Positions 1-12,266 of a stretch of 55,330 nt of DNA are shown one piece after another. The notes beneath the pieces are model-generated. The model made no database searches. It saw only the letters and a program-made list of their open reading frames with translations, and was not told the origin of the DNA. The stretch's first letter is position 1. Each line of letters opens with the position of its first letter. The stretch comes from Octopus bimaculoides (Eukaryota): positions 88,334,163-88,389,492 of the forward strand of contig NC_068985.1 in the NCBI RefSeq assembly GCF_001194135.2, given 5' to 3'. The position numbers and the translations under genes are program-made.

Positions 1-155
1 ACAGAAAATTGCACTACTGGGTACTGCACACATTCTACGCAAAACACTTTCAATACAGTAAACATAAGAGCACCACAGCAAACCACAGCACATACCCAAG
101 GAGCACAGAGCTGCGCTCGGTTGTGAAGTGAAAGCACGTTATAAAAATAAAACTA

Positions 156-193
<38 letters not shown>

Positions 194-195
194 TA
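1..195 (+). mobile_element. 3' end of an R4/Dong-clade non-LTR retrotransposon (ORF C-terminus, 3' UTR, (TAA)n tail)
   Basis: Frame from nt 2 reads QKIALLGTAHILRKTLSIQ*, matching the QK..LLGTA.ILRK.L terminus of R4/Dong RLE elements. About 100 bp of UTR and a (TAA)n tail follow; Dong-type elements target TAA repeats. Confidence 0.85.
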
Positions 196-3065
196 AATTT
201 GTAATCTTCTAAGTAGCACAATCACTTCATCTACTATACAGCATTTCTAGTAATGATTTATTTTCATTTCAAACTTTACAGTCGATTGGAAGTAATGATT
301 AAAAGAGAACATTCATTGAATTAAATCCTCCATAATGTGCGTGATGATAATGAGGAAGCGTCTTGTATTCCTTACTGTGTTTAATAAGTTTTATCCTCAT
401 AGTTCACTGCATTATTATGTTGTTAGGGCAACGTTATTCATGTTGGTAGCTTGAAGTATAATAGAAAATGGATGACTAATAAATTTATTAATCATTTATA
501 AGTGTAAATTAAGTAAAATATTTGGATTACATGCAACAATGAAACACATGGAAACGGTGAGTTTATCTATAGTGATTTATATCATAAATGAGATTATTAT
601 TAACAATTGCTCTGGTCTCGATGTTACTAATTAATATCGGTCCATTGTGCTAATCTACGTTTCATGAAGAAACACTCTGTTTGCTATCGATGAATAAATA
701 CAACTTCTATCAATTATGGGTGAATATATTTGCCTCGTCTAAGAAGTAATAAACGGAAGTGAAATAACTGAACGGAGTAGTAACTAAAATTTTACCATAT
801 ATTCATACATACCTCTGTGTGTGTAGTGTGTATATGTGTGTGCGCGTGTAAGGGTGTGTGTGTTTGCATGCGATAATTGTGAGTTAGTGAAACGACTGCA
901 TAGAGAGACATAGATCATCCATTTCAATACAGATAGCTGATAATAATGATATTATTAGTAATTTATTTCTTAAGCGCAGCTCTATTTCTCTATAATGTCA
1001 TGCATTGGAAAGTTCTTTACTGTGGTGACGAATTGTAAGTACTCATGAAGGCAGTCAACTGAGATTTGCAATTGCATATACTTTTGTGTACAACATTTCC
1101 TTCCAGCTTAAAGCAATACAAAAAAAGGAAAAAGCTACCTTATGTAACATATCATTTTAGTGTTATTTATATGGAATTTATCTGACGTTTCTAATTAATC
1201 GAGATATAGTGTCGGGATTCACACGCTGACAAAAATGTCGTATGGGCAGAAGTTCTTACATATGAGATACTGATGCGGATAGGCAGCTAGATTTCTGGAC
1301 CTCTTTCACAAGGTATCGGATTTTCTACTAAGAACTGACGGCCTTTGATCGACATATATGTGTGTAATTCAGCTAACTATATAATTGTAAAGTCGCCCAC
1401 CATTAGAACGCAGCAATTTTTCTTGATTTAAAGGGTTTATAATAGCAACATTTATCGCAGTCATTTCATATATTTAGACAGGGATTAATTTCGCCAATCA
1501 CATTGATTTTACGGATATCTATCATTTTATTTCATGTGCCGTGGAATATATAATAACAGGGAGCACGGATTTTCTGGGAAATGAGCATGTTGAAATCAGA
1601 TGCAACAGTGTCGAATTATGTGCACTGTTGAAAGATACAGGTTCCTTGACACATAGATTTGAAAATTGGCATTACGGTTGAGGCCTTCTTAACCCCAATA
1701 GCTATGCCTAAACTATGATATGCATTGATTTATACAGACACGATGACCATATTGCGTTGCGGATTGTGCTTCGGGTGTCTATACATGTTATATATAATAT
1801 TGGAAATATTTTAAAAGGGATGAGGACCTGATATTCATGCCATCGGGTAGATGACAAATATATATAAGCCTCAAATTTGTAGCCATCTCGAAATCATGTG
1901 TTCATTGAATAGCATCCAGCATTCATACATACATCCATGCATATTTACATACATATCTAATTATACAGGTTTCTGTAATTTGCTTTATACAAAAGTTTAT
2001 CACACTGAATGTTTCACTTCACACACTGACCGTCTTCTGCCCCACTTTGTTCCTGTTTTTTTTCTTCTTTTTTTGCTGTCGATATGTTATTCTTGGTATT
2101 ATGAAAATAATTACATGTGTGTCCCGCTACTCGTTTTAAATATACGATAGGAAATACATTATCAAATATAGCTTTACTGTTGCAGCATAAACTTTATTGT
2201 TATATCAGTACAAGTTGGCTGCGAAGCCTAAAATTATGGGATATGACATTAATTCCATCTTTCAAAGAACTACTTCAGAATGAAGGGAATGTAATCATAG
2301 AAATTGATATAATTTTATCTTGACGACATTTAACATATTCTTAACAGAAGTATTATACTCTATATTAATCTAATTTCAATTAAAAAAGAGAACAAATTAA
2401 CAAACTATCCAAAGGAGGCCTTTCTCAACTTCCAAATTGTGTTGCCATAGATCATGATTTCTTCATCGTAACGATTTTGTTTTCTTATAATTCCTGTAGA
2501 TATCGAATTATTAAAATGATATGTTAGTCTTTCACCAAAACACACAATGAAGAGCTTAAATTCTGGAGCTAATGAATATATCAAAAGGAAATAAATATGT
2601 ATGGGTTGTATAGCTTAAATCGTATATAAATTATCATGTACATTGATGAAAAAAAAATGCTTTAATCTAAAAAATTCTTATTCGTATAAACACAACAAAA
2701 ATATATAAAAATGAACTTGCGGGAGTATATGAATTAGAAAATTACATACCACCTTTTCATATGTTGTTTAACGTTTGTTAGCTAATCGTTGGCTGTAAGG
2801 CCGGGGCAGTCTTAATTTAGAAGAAAAAAGAGATACCACATGCGAGCTAATATTAAAGTGAAATGTATTTATAAAATAAAAGGTCAATCAACGATGCTTT
2901 TTATGTAAACGGATCCATTAACTTTATTTTTACACGAGCAACGTTACTGTTCATATTTCGTTTTTGAATGGGCTACTTGATATACGCTGATTATAAACTC
3001 TCTGTAAAACGTGTAAGCGATATGTACAATACACACATACACATACACAGATATATATATATATA

Positions 3066-3821
3066 NNNNNNNNNNNNNNNNNNNNNNNNNNNNNNNNNNN
3101 NNNNNNNNNNNNNNNNNNNNNNNNNNNNNNNNNNNNNNNNNNNNNNNNNNNNNNNNNNNNNNNNNNNNNNNNNNNNNNNNNNNNNNNNNNNNNNNNNNNN
3201 NNNNNNNNNNNNNNNNNNNNNNNNNNNNNNNNNNNNNNNNNNNNNNNNNNNNNNNNNNNNNNNNNNNNNNNNNNNNNNNNNNNNNNNNNNNNNNNNNNNN
3301 NNNNNNNNNNNNNNNNNNNNNNNNNNNNNNNNNNNNNNNNNNNNNNNNNNNNNNNNNNNNNNNNNNNNNNNNNNNNNNNNNNNNNNNNNNNNNNNNNNNN
3401 NNNNNNNNNNNNNNNNNNNNNNNNNNNNNNNNNNNNNNNNNNNNNNNNNNNNNNNNNNNNNNNNNNNNNNNNNNNNNNNNNNNNNNNNNNNNNNNNNNNN
3501 NNNNNNNNNNNNNNNNNNNNNNNNNNNNNNNNNNNNNNNNNNNNNNNNNNNNNNNNNNNNNNNNNNNNNNNNNNNNNNNNNNNNNNNNNNNNNNNNNNNN
3601 NNNNNNNNNNNNNNNNNNNNNNNNNNNNNNNNNNNNNNNNNNNNNNNNNNNNNNNNNNNNNNNNNNNNNNNNNNNNNNNNNNNNNNNNNNNNNNNNNNNN
3701 NNNNNNNNNNNNNNNNNNNNNNNNNNNNNNNNNNNNNNNNNNNNNNNNNNNNNNNNNNNNNNNNNNNNNNNNNNNNNNNNNNNNNNNNNNNNNNNNNNNN
3801 NNNNNNNNNNNNNNNNNNNNN
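3066..3821. other. Assembly gap flanked by (TA)n and (GA)n microsatellites
   Basis: N run. Other gaps: 13605-13614, 16278-17036, 26219-26228, 31014-31595, 32635-32939, 43120-43749, 47834-47862. Confidence 0.99.
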
Positions 3822-3888
<67 letters not shown>

Positions 3889-4524
3889 CGTGGTTACATG
3901 TTAGCCTCCAACTTTCCACATGTGTCAAAGTTCTACCATCTTCCCATACTCCACTTCATTCAGATTTGACAATATATTATTATTTATTGGAAATCTATTC
4001 TTTACATTTACGCGGCCTTATTTCTTTAAATATATTCCTTTGAATATCAGCAAATATTACTTGTAATTTTATTGTGCTACTGTAAGATTGAAATAGATTT
4101 TAAAATATTAAATTATACCCGATATTATTCTTAATGTTATTAATGAAAACGTCATATATAACATGCTATTTTTACATATAAATAAGCGATTGTGCGCGTA
4201 ATCAATATTACATTGAGTAGCACCTGTATGAACAGGTTTGGCTTCCATTCAATGAAATCAATTTATTGTCTCTCTGTCTGGGTTTGTAAAACATTCTCGA
4301 ATCAGTTGGGCTATAAATCTACATCTCATGTTCAGAAGAATGCCCATGCAGTATGACGTTGTTAAGCTAGCGAATAGAGTTATGGTTCTCTTTCTTGTTT
4401 TGATGCAGAATGTAGGTAGGTAAAAAAATATTAAGGTGTAATTAACCGAGTGGAAAAGTTGCAAGTCATTGCAATACACAAATTTAGCTGATCAAGCTTA
4501 AAGGGTTTTTCTGTTATGACTCAC

Positions 4525-4651
4525 CAATATCTCTTGGAGTATCTAGGATAGGATTATCAATACCTTCTTCATATTTGAAGACGTGGGACTTTGCGGAAGG
4601 TATAACTGCTTGTTCTAATCGCTGGAACGACCTTTCATTATGCAGATTCAT
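4525..4651 (-). CDS. Candidate first coding exon, product unknown (MNLHNERSFQRLEQAVIPSAKSHVFKYEEGIDNPILDTPRDI)
   Basis: ATG in aaaaATG context with an in-frame stop just upstream, 42 codons plus 1 nt, then a consensus donor G|GTGAGT. Possible acceptor TTGTTTCAG| opens the exon at 4801. No homology recognised. Confidence 0.35.
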
Positions 4652-5163
4652 TTTTCAAATCTTCAAATGCACAGTTACAATGCAGTTGTGAAATGGAGAA
4701 ATAGTTATGTGTTCTACTTGGACCATGAGCCAAAGTGAAATACAACGTCGAAAAGTTGAGTGCAACGACATATGTCTTTTAGTTTAACCCATTCGTTTTA
4801 ACTGAAACAACAATTTCTCTTGCTATTTATTCTTAAAAATCTGTCCTCTCATGCGAATATCATGGCTGAAGAAGTTTTTGGTATTAATTTGACAAGTACT
4901 AATCAAAGACGAAATAAAAAAAAAACAGGAGTTATAACTCTAACATATTATCTAGTCAATCTGAATAATAATACATTGTTTCAATGCCTCTACAGATGAC
5001 AATCTACGATTTCGGAGATGGGAAAACATTGGAAACATAACGTTGTGTACAGTTCTATATTTAAGAGATGAGGAATTATGTACATTATTTACATTTACAT
5101 ATTTACGTATGCTCACAGGCATATAGCGTAGTGGTTAAGGGCGCGGGATACTAACCCAAAGAT

Positions 5164-5237
5164 TCGGTAGTGAAGTGAAAGCACGTTATAAAAATAAAAC
5201 TACTGAACAATAATAATAATGATAATAATAATAATAA
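5164..5237 (+). mobile_element. Very short 5'-truncated R4/Dong 3' end inserted in a (TAA)n tract
   Basis: TCGGTAGTGAAGTGAAAGCACGTTATAAAAATAAAACTACTGAA matches nt 117-160 with one mismatch and is followed by TAA repeats. Confidence 0.85.
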
Positions 5238-5289
5238 ATACATCGAAAAATACCTTAGGAATGAGAACCCAGGTTCGAAATTTCCCTAA

Positions 5290-5335
5290 CACACCTGTAG
5301 AAGGCTGGAGGGTATATCCGCCGAAACTTTGTGTT
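5290..5335 (+). ncRNA. Degenerate minimal type-I hammerhead ribozyme (PLE type)
   Basis: CUGUAGA (core CUGANGA with one change), extra A, stem II GGCUG/CCGCC, GAAAC, stem I ACAC/GUGU. Probably inactive. Confidence 0.65.
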
Positions 5336-6114
5336 AACAAGAAACAAAATGAGGACAAGCAATGTTAAATCTCTGAACGAGGTATTAACAGTAACTGCAC
5401 GATAAAGTGAAGTATATTTGCCACTTAAATGTGGCTGACCCCGAGGGGTGGATGTTACTGTTGCTTTTAGCCCCAGGAGGACATCTCCTCCAGCTGGCTA
5501 TCGACACAAATCTGTGCCCTGTCTGTATTTGCCAAGGGAAGTTATCTTTCCCATCTTGATCTACGATTATCCGTCAAATGTAAATAATGTAAATAATGTA
5601 TAACGATGTATAATGTAAACAAAGATCTATATTTTCTAAAGCACACAGAGAATTGTATTTGCTAGGAAACTTTCGATCATATTTCCTCTTGATTATAGCT
5701 AATACTGAGCTTAACAACTTCAAATTCATGCAACATGGTATTTTAAAATTATCTCTGGATAAACCGTCATTTTCAAGTGTTATAACCCGCAGGCACAAAA
5801 ACGAAATGCAAAAGTCCGTAATGTTTTACATTCATGTTTCAAGTATAAAAATTATGAATTAAATGTGTTATTCTTTTGTCGTGTTTCCAATAATAATGGC
5901 TATTCGATGAAAGCTCAAAAAGCTGATTGCCTTCATTCAGTTAGAACCGCAGAGAAGTACCTTCCTTTCCATATTTCTACAAAACTTGATATGTGTTGCG
6001 AATGAAATCGTATGCAATCGTCAGTTGGCTCTAAATGCAATATATCTCTGAATAACACTAAATATAACTATCACTTGCAGTTTGTCACCCCGCATTAATA
6101 TTTATGCATCCCAT

Positions 6115-6568
6115 AAGGCAGCGAGCAGGCAGATTCTTTACCGCAGAAGGCAAATTGCTTGTCAAAATTTCGTCTGCCTCCATGCTTGAAGTTGGAATTT
6201 CGCTGAGGACGACTTTGCCTCTCAGAATTTGGGATTCAATCGACGATAAAGAACGCAACAGTTAAGCACTGCGGTCAAAGTAATGGATTCCACCACTCTC
6301 CCTAACCTCCTGGCATTGTACCAACATCTTAAACCACTATTTCAGAGGGATAATAAGAGAGTGAACTGGCAGAATTGTCACCGTACCTCGCAAAATGTAT
6401 AGCAGCATTTCCTCTTTAAAATATGAGTTCCAGTTTTGCCGAGAGCGAATTTCCGATTCATCCTTTCCATGATGATAAAATAATTACCAGTCGAGCACGG
6501 AGCAGCTGTAAACGATTTACGCCTTTCCCAGAGATTGCTGGCCTTTCCCAAAATTTGAAAGCAATATT
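6115..6568 (+). mobile_element. Two tandem decayed tRNA-derived SINE copies (family A): 6115-6341 and 6359-6568
   Basis: GGCGGCGAGCTGGCAGA-like head, GACTTTGCC/TTCATCCTTTC body and GGCCTTGTGCCAAAATTTGAAA-like tail, shared with the other copies in the window. Confidence 0.7.
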
Positions 6569-7169
6569 TACATACTTCTATTAATATCCTATGTTCCACT
6601 AATTTAAACCTCAACAATTGCAGTCGTATATTATGTCGTAAATCCGTTTGAAATCCTTAATCTATAACTCATAATCTTTCCCGACTTGAAATAAGGTTAT
6701 TTAGCATGTCCGCCTTTAATTATCATATATATAAAATTAACATAAGATTATCATATACATATAAAACGTTTAGCAGTACCTGATATCAAGGGAGATTTGT
6801 TTTCACAAATTTTGAAAGTAGATTATCGAAATACATTTCAACACATATGCAGGCTATCAATTAACAGAAGATTGGATACGAGTAAATATTTCACCCACCT
6901 TCCTTTCAATTATTTTCAGGCAAAAAATACAATTGAATGTTTACTATAAGATTCTGCACTTGATTTAGATAGCATGTTTATTTTTATTTGCGATTTTTGC
7001 GTCTGCATCTCGCATACTTTCACTGATTCCGATATGATTTACAGATCTGTAACAAAACTAAATTCTCTACCCTGATATTTATACGACTTCTTATCCAGAT
7101 GATATCATTGTTATTGTCTTTCAAATGTCCCGAATAAACAGTTTAAACGTCTATTTAAAATCTTCATGA

Positions 7170-7447
7170 AACACTTTATCAACGTGTCAATAACACGTTT
7201 TTCCAGCTTCCAGAAGAGTAACCCCCGTTACTTCTGCTGTCATAAATTTCTCAGGCCATTACTATCCTCGTACATGTGGTTCAATATACCTTCTACCTAT
7301 AGCTCGCAGTGCTATTTATCTTTTTCTATTTTTTTATTTTTTAAAGACAGCAATGTATCTCCTGACATATCGAAAGCTTTTTCCAATGTTTTACGCAATG
7401 GTATTTTCCAGAATGTGGAATCCCTAGATAGACTTTGGGTTTCTTGA
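7170..7447 (+). pseudogene. Decayed LINE reverse-transcriptase fragment (CR1/L2/Jockey-like)
   Basis: PDISKAFSNVLRNGIFQNVESL resembles RT motif LDISKAFDRV.H.GL..KL. Confidence 0.45.
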
Positions 7448-9448
7448 TATTGCCATTTCATACTCGATCGCAACTATTGTTACCTAAAATGATTTAATGA
7501 TTTTCTCTTCTCATGACAGCGCTTTGAACTCATCCTTAAATGATATATCCGATTTTCTGGATTAGGTGAAAAGAAGCATTCCAAATAATTGTTTAACTAA
7601 TTGATGTGCTCAGTGATTGGTTAATTTAACCTCTCCCAAAACTAATCGTATTCACAGTAATCAACATATCAACTCTGTCGGTGTCCACTTCTTTCTACAT
7701 TATTAAAAGCTTTTTTTTCAAGTTTCGTTTTTTCTTTCCTTTGTATCTTAGGACATTTCATGGAATGAATAGATTGTATCTATAGTTCGAAAAGTCACTA
7801 AGCTTCCTTTCTCTTTTACGCATGTTATTATCATTTCTCAGAATCAATTTTTCGAAGCGATTAATTTCTTATTCGCCACCAGACGGAACACTCTCAGCAC
7901 ATATTTTTTCTAAAGTATGGAGTCCCAACCCGATTTTATAACTTTATTAACACAGTTTTGGCTGTGAATCCTCAGTCCCTCTTCGACGTCTAGATATTGT
8001 TTCTATAATCCTGCTTTTAAAATATCTTCATGGCCTTTTGGCCTATTGAATATTTATATACTGAACATCCTCAGACGGCTGTATATCCGTTCACAACCAA
8101 TAAATTGACTCTTCTTATCACATAAAAAAACTTAGCGAGAAGACAAGCCATAGAAGATTGGGAAACACAAGGAACCATGCCACTATAATTTAAATAAAAG
8201 ACCTGTTAAAGCCGAAGATTTTTAAAAGTTAAAATCCGTGTATTCCCCTTACCCATACGAAGGAAGTTTTACGATGTCTGAATACCTCCATTAAATAATC
8301 ATGGAAGTATTATTTAACAAATAAATCATTATATAACGTAACTTATAATTTAACTACATATATTTCAATAATTTTTGTCGTATGTAATTAAAACATTCTA
8401 CTCTTTATATTTAAAAAAATATTCGATGGTAGACAATATAACTGAAATCTTCCATCATTTGAAGGTAAAAACAATTGACTTTAACTAATCAAAAGGAAAC
8501 AACAAATAACGACAATTCAAACTACAATTTATAATTTCGATCAATTTAGACAATTCATTAATTAGTGATAGGTTAAGACTATAATTCTTTCTTGAATTCT
8601 AAATTTCCTACATAGCTTTTAGATATAATTAAATTATGTAAGTGCTAGTTAAGTAAGTATGCGCTTAGATTCTTTTTTTCAATAACACGTAATTTTGTGT
8701 AGGAGATTACCCAAGGTAAAGACTGACCGAAATGTATTGAATTATTAAAGCTTTTTTATATGTCATTTTTATATATAATTCTGTCTAGTTTTTCATAAAC
8801 CAATTAATAGATGGCTACAATTTATAGAACACTTCAGACGAATTAGAATCAGAAATTGAAAGTGTTAAGTCACAGTAAAAGAAACAATGCATACATTTTC
8901 ATATGCAGACTCCATAATATGCGCGCGCATACACATACACAAGAAATATATATGTGCATATATATGTGTGTGTGTACGCATGCGTATGTATAGAGTATAT
9001 GAATGTTGTACCTCATTGCCACAAAAGATCTTCTCTTGGAAAGAATTTCCCTAGCATGGCTCGGAACGTGTTTTTGTCTTCTTGGCGAAAGTATTTAAAG
9101 CTACAGCATTATACCCAGGGACCCAAGAAACTTATGTAAGCTGAACGAGCGAGTTCACATTTCGTATATTGAGCGTTGGTGTAGAGATGCACACGGACAT
9201 CCTAAACCACAACACAAAATGGCCCTTGAAATGAATGGAGTTGAGTCACTAGCACACACCTTAAATATACATATGATCTTCAATATTCTTACTCCCTGTA
9301 TACGATGTCAAGGAAGGTGAGAAGGAATCAAAAAAATAAAAATACACTAAACACAAACAAATACCAAAACTAACACACCAACTCTGTGTACCCAAACAGA
9401 AGAACACTGATTTATATAACAAAGGAAACCCACACTGCCCCATATATA

Positions 9449-9625
9449 TTATTTTCTACACTAGACACAAGGTCCGAAGTTTTGGCGGGAGTGGGCCAAT
9501 CGATTAGAACGACCCTAGTACGCAATTTGTACTTAATTTATCGATCCCGAAAGGAGGAAAGGCAAAGTCGACTTCAGTGGAATTTGACACGAAATACGAC
9601 TATGCATTACTGCCAGCTCGCCGCC
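9449..9625 (-). mobile_element. tRNA-derived SINE family A, internally deleted
   Basis: Reverse complement contains GGCGGCGAGCTGGCAG, GAAGTCGACTTTGCCTTTCCTCCTTTCGGGATCGATAAATTAAGTAC and the family tail. Confidence 0.85.
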
Positions 9626-9626
9626 G

Positions 9627-9660
<34 letters not shown>

Positions 9661-10285
9661 GAAAGACACACATATATATCTATTGGTATCTATAAAAATG
9701 CGTATGCGTGAGAGAGATTATTGTAAAAAAAAAACTTGTTCAGTGGAGGATGATCATGATCAGTTACACTAATGAATCCTGCTTATTTTGTAATAAAATG
9801 TCCTTCTCCTTAGAGAGCAAGCTGCTATGAGTTTGCGTTCACCTGCTCAACATTTTAGAAACAACCCACATACTTTCAGAACTATAGAAGTATTTGAAGT
9901 TGATTAATTTCTGTATGTTTTTATGTTTAACTTATGTTTCATCTATTTTCTAGTGGCGTCTTTGAGTAATTAATATACATATCTGCAGGCACATCTGATA
10001 AAAGGAATCGTTTCCACGACAACTTTAAGATGTAAGGAAATTAGTTAATTGTCGAAGCAGATGTGGAACGTCGTTTCCCCAAACAGGAAATGTTCTAAAC
10101 CCGCAACACAGCACTATCCAACCATTCTTGCAAATATATTTATTTGGCTATTTTAAAATGATATAAGCGTATGAATAAATCTTGTTTAATTACCTTTGGA
10201 GTATTCTGGATCCAGTTCAAATTCGATCATGCAGTCCTGTTATTGAAGGCATTTCATCAGTGAAGTACTAACTTCCAAGAATATA

Positions 10286-10677
10286 CAGTAGAACCTCGCA
10301 GTACGAGTGCTCCATTGCACGAGTAATTTGCTGCACGAGCTGAGACTTGTGCGACTTTATTTTTCTCTTGACGTTCGAGTGGAAATCCGCAGTATGGAAA
10401 AACAAATCGTCCCATCTTTAAGGTACTTCAATAAATAAAACCAGTTTACATATTTCTTTTGCATTTTGCTTTACTTATAATTGGCATTTTACTTGTAACT
10501 ACATATTTTTTGTTTCAAAAACCATAAAAAATTATTTTTCAGTGGTTTTGTGGGGCTGGAACGGATTAATTATATTTTAGTGCATTTCAATGGGGAAAAA
10601 TTGATGTGTAAAACGAGTAAGTCGTAAGACGAGCTTGGCCATGGAACAAATTAAAATCGTAACGCGAAGTATCAATG
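10286..10677 (+). mobile_element. Tigger/pogo-like MITE
   Basis: TA|CAGTAGAACCTCG left end and degenerate CGAAGTATCAATG|TA right end with TA duplication. Subterminal ACGAG repeats on both sides; no ORF. Confidence 0.7.
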
Positions 10678-10680
10678 TAC

Positions 10681-11270
10681 TTATCTTTTACGTATAGCAA
10701 AGACATACTCAGCAATAGTGGCTTTCATCAATCTTTCCAATGCCTGTAATCCAGGAATGTCTTCCATTACATCTTCCAGGCGATTAATCTCACTAAGTTC
10801 TACTCCCTCATATCCCTGAACAGTAAGTTTCTCCCCTTAGTAAATATCGGGGTAGGTAATCTGTTGACCTCAACTTACGCTAAGACGGCGACCGCACACA
10901 CCACGAGAACCATATATTGTAACTACCCGTCTTTGCGTCAGTCCGCTCTTCTCGCCCTCGTGTCGGTGGCTACGTATCAAGTAGAAACATTCGAAGTATG
11001 CTAAATGATTTCTTTCCTTCCCCGCCGTTAATTGTGTCAGGTGTTACTCGGAGTAAATTTTCGACCACCACCTCTTCAACACACACCCAGTGCCTTTCTC
11101 CCTTGCATCCATTCTAACATAGATTATATGATACTTCACTCCCAAATGAAACCAAATAGTCATTAATTCATTGAACGTGGCAGTCGGGGGCATTTCTCCT
11201 GTAGGCGCACACCAATTTACTATTTTTTATCAGCAAGAATATTCCAACAGTGCTCTTATTGTCCCCTACA
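10681..11270 (-). mobile_element. Possible LTR retrotransposon 5' fragment (LTR-like 10918-11270 plus a short gag-like ORF); alternatively a host exon
   Basis: Minus strand TGTA...TACA ends, TGGTTC 5 nt downstream, then a 51-codon open frame GEKLTVQGYEGVELSEINRLEDVMEDIPGLQALERLMKATIAEYVFAIRKR. The PBS is not matched to a known tRNA. Confidence 0.3.
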
Positions 11271-12266
11271 TTTTCTGTGATCCGCATTAAACCATAAATG
11301 AGTTTTAAGGTTACTCCGAATGATTAGCATTAATATCGCTGAAGAAATCCCTACGCGTTGGCCAATGCATATCCCTAATATATGTAGAGTGGCCTGATAA
11401 AGTCGTTCTAGTTTCTTCATCGTTAGAATATACTTCAAAACATCAAAAATTACTGAACCTATACAAACTTTATTGATTTCAAGTATTCAATCTTAATTCT
11501 TCTTCTTACAAGGTTCTTCTGCTACATCCATACACACCATGGGATAAGTCACTTGCATCTATTGACATCTATTTTCACGTCTGAAATTCTAATTTGTAAC
11601 AGATTTGGTTGTCCGTGTACATCATATTATTTAGCAGTCTCGAGACGATGCTCGCATTTGTGTTGTATTGAAATACTGAGGTACAATACCGACTAATATT
11701 TTCTATGTTTCTATTAGAGGATAGCAACACAGACAACAATCTTTGTTATTTTTCTCATTTACACTTTTTTTTTTACCGTGACATTTTCAACAAAGTGTTA
11801 AGTTTTGCCATTATGTAAAACCCTATTCTAGTAGCGTTATGTCGGAGTCAGATTGATTATAATTAGTTGATTTTTTTTTTACACATACTCTGTTTGTAAT
11901 TATTCAGGAAAATACTTAAACAGTAGGAGTAATTAAAAGCAGCTCCTCGTAAATCCAAGATCTACATAGAGTCATTGACTGATTCTTAGATAATTGTTTT
12001 AATGTTGTTTCCCAGGCATGCCTCTTTGACTAACGATGTTTACCATGAACGTTGTTGTGTCTTACTGACGTTGTTGTGTTTTGTTGAGACGAAGACTCAC
12101 AACTTCATCGAAATAATTAGTGCTAACAATCATGTTGAATGTAATAGAATTGGGACCATGTTCACGGATACGCGTTCTTCATTTTCTTTTAAGACTTGTA
12201 CTATGATAGGAAGACAGCGTTATTTCTGACTCGCTACATTAACATATGCTCTCATATGTTAAATAG

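Larger units (their letters stand above)
5048..5612 (+). mobile_element. Composite element, copy 1: inverted tail fragment (5048-5107), tRNA-like head (5118-5165), (TAA)n, PLE-type tail with decayed hammerhead; carries two secondary insertions
   Basis: A box TAGCGTAGTGG. Tail ...CAC CTGTAGA A GGCTG..CCGCC GAAAC TTT GTGTT. Head and tail both match the copy at 51572-51940. Confidence 0.75.

Noticed and set aside
153-195. CRISPR-like or satellite arrays
   Set aside because: Only simple microsatellites are present; no repeat-spacer structure anywhere in the window.
1553-1681. Fibrinogen-like resemblance (DFLGNEHVEIR)
   Set aside because: The match is only a few residues, the frame stops, and there are no supporting exons.
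2951-3969. Long ORFs of 200-330 aa in the ORF track (also 16199-17108, 30930-31725, 32474-33269, 43025-43823)
   Set aside because: They are open only because they cross N runs.
4328-4415. Cyclic-nucleotide-gated-channel S5-like frame (QYDVVKLANRVMVLFLVLMQNV)
   Set aside because: It lacks the conserved HW motif and S4 charges, and there is no clear acceptor.
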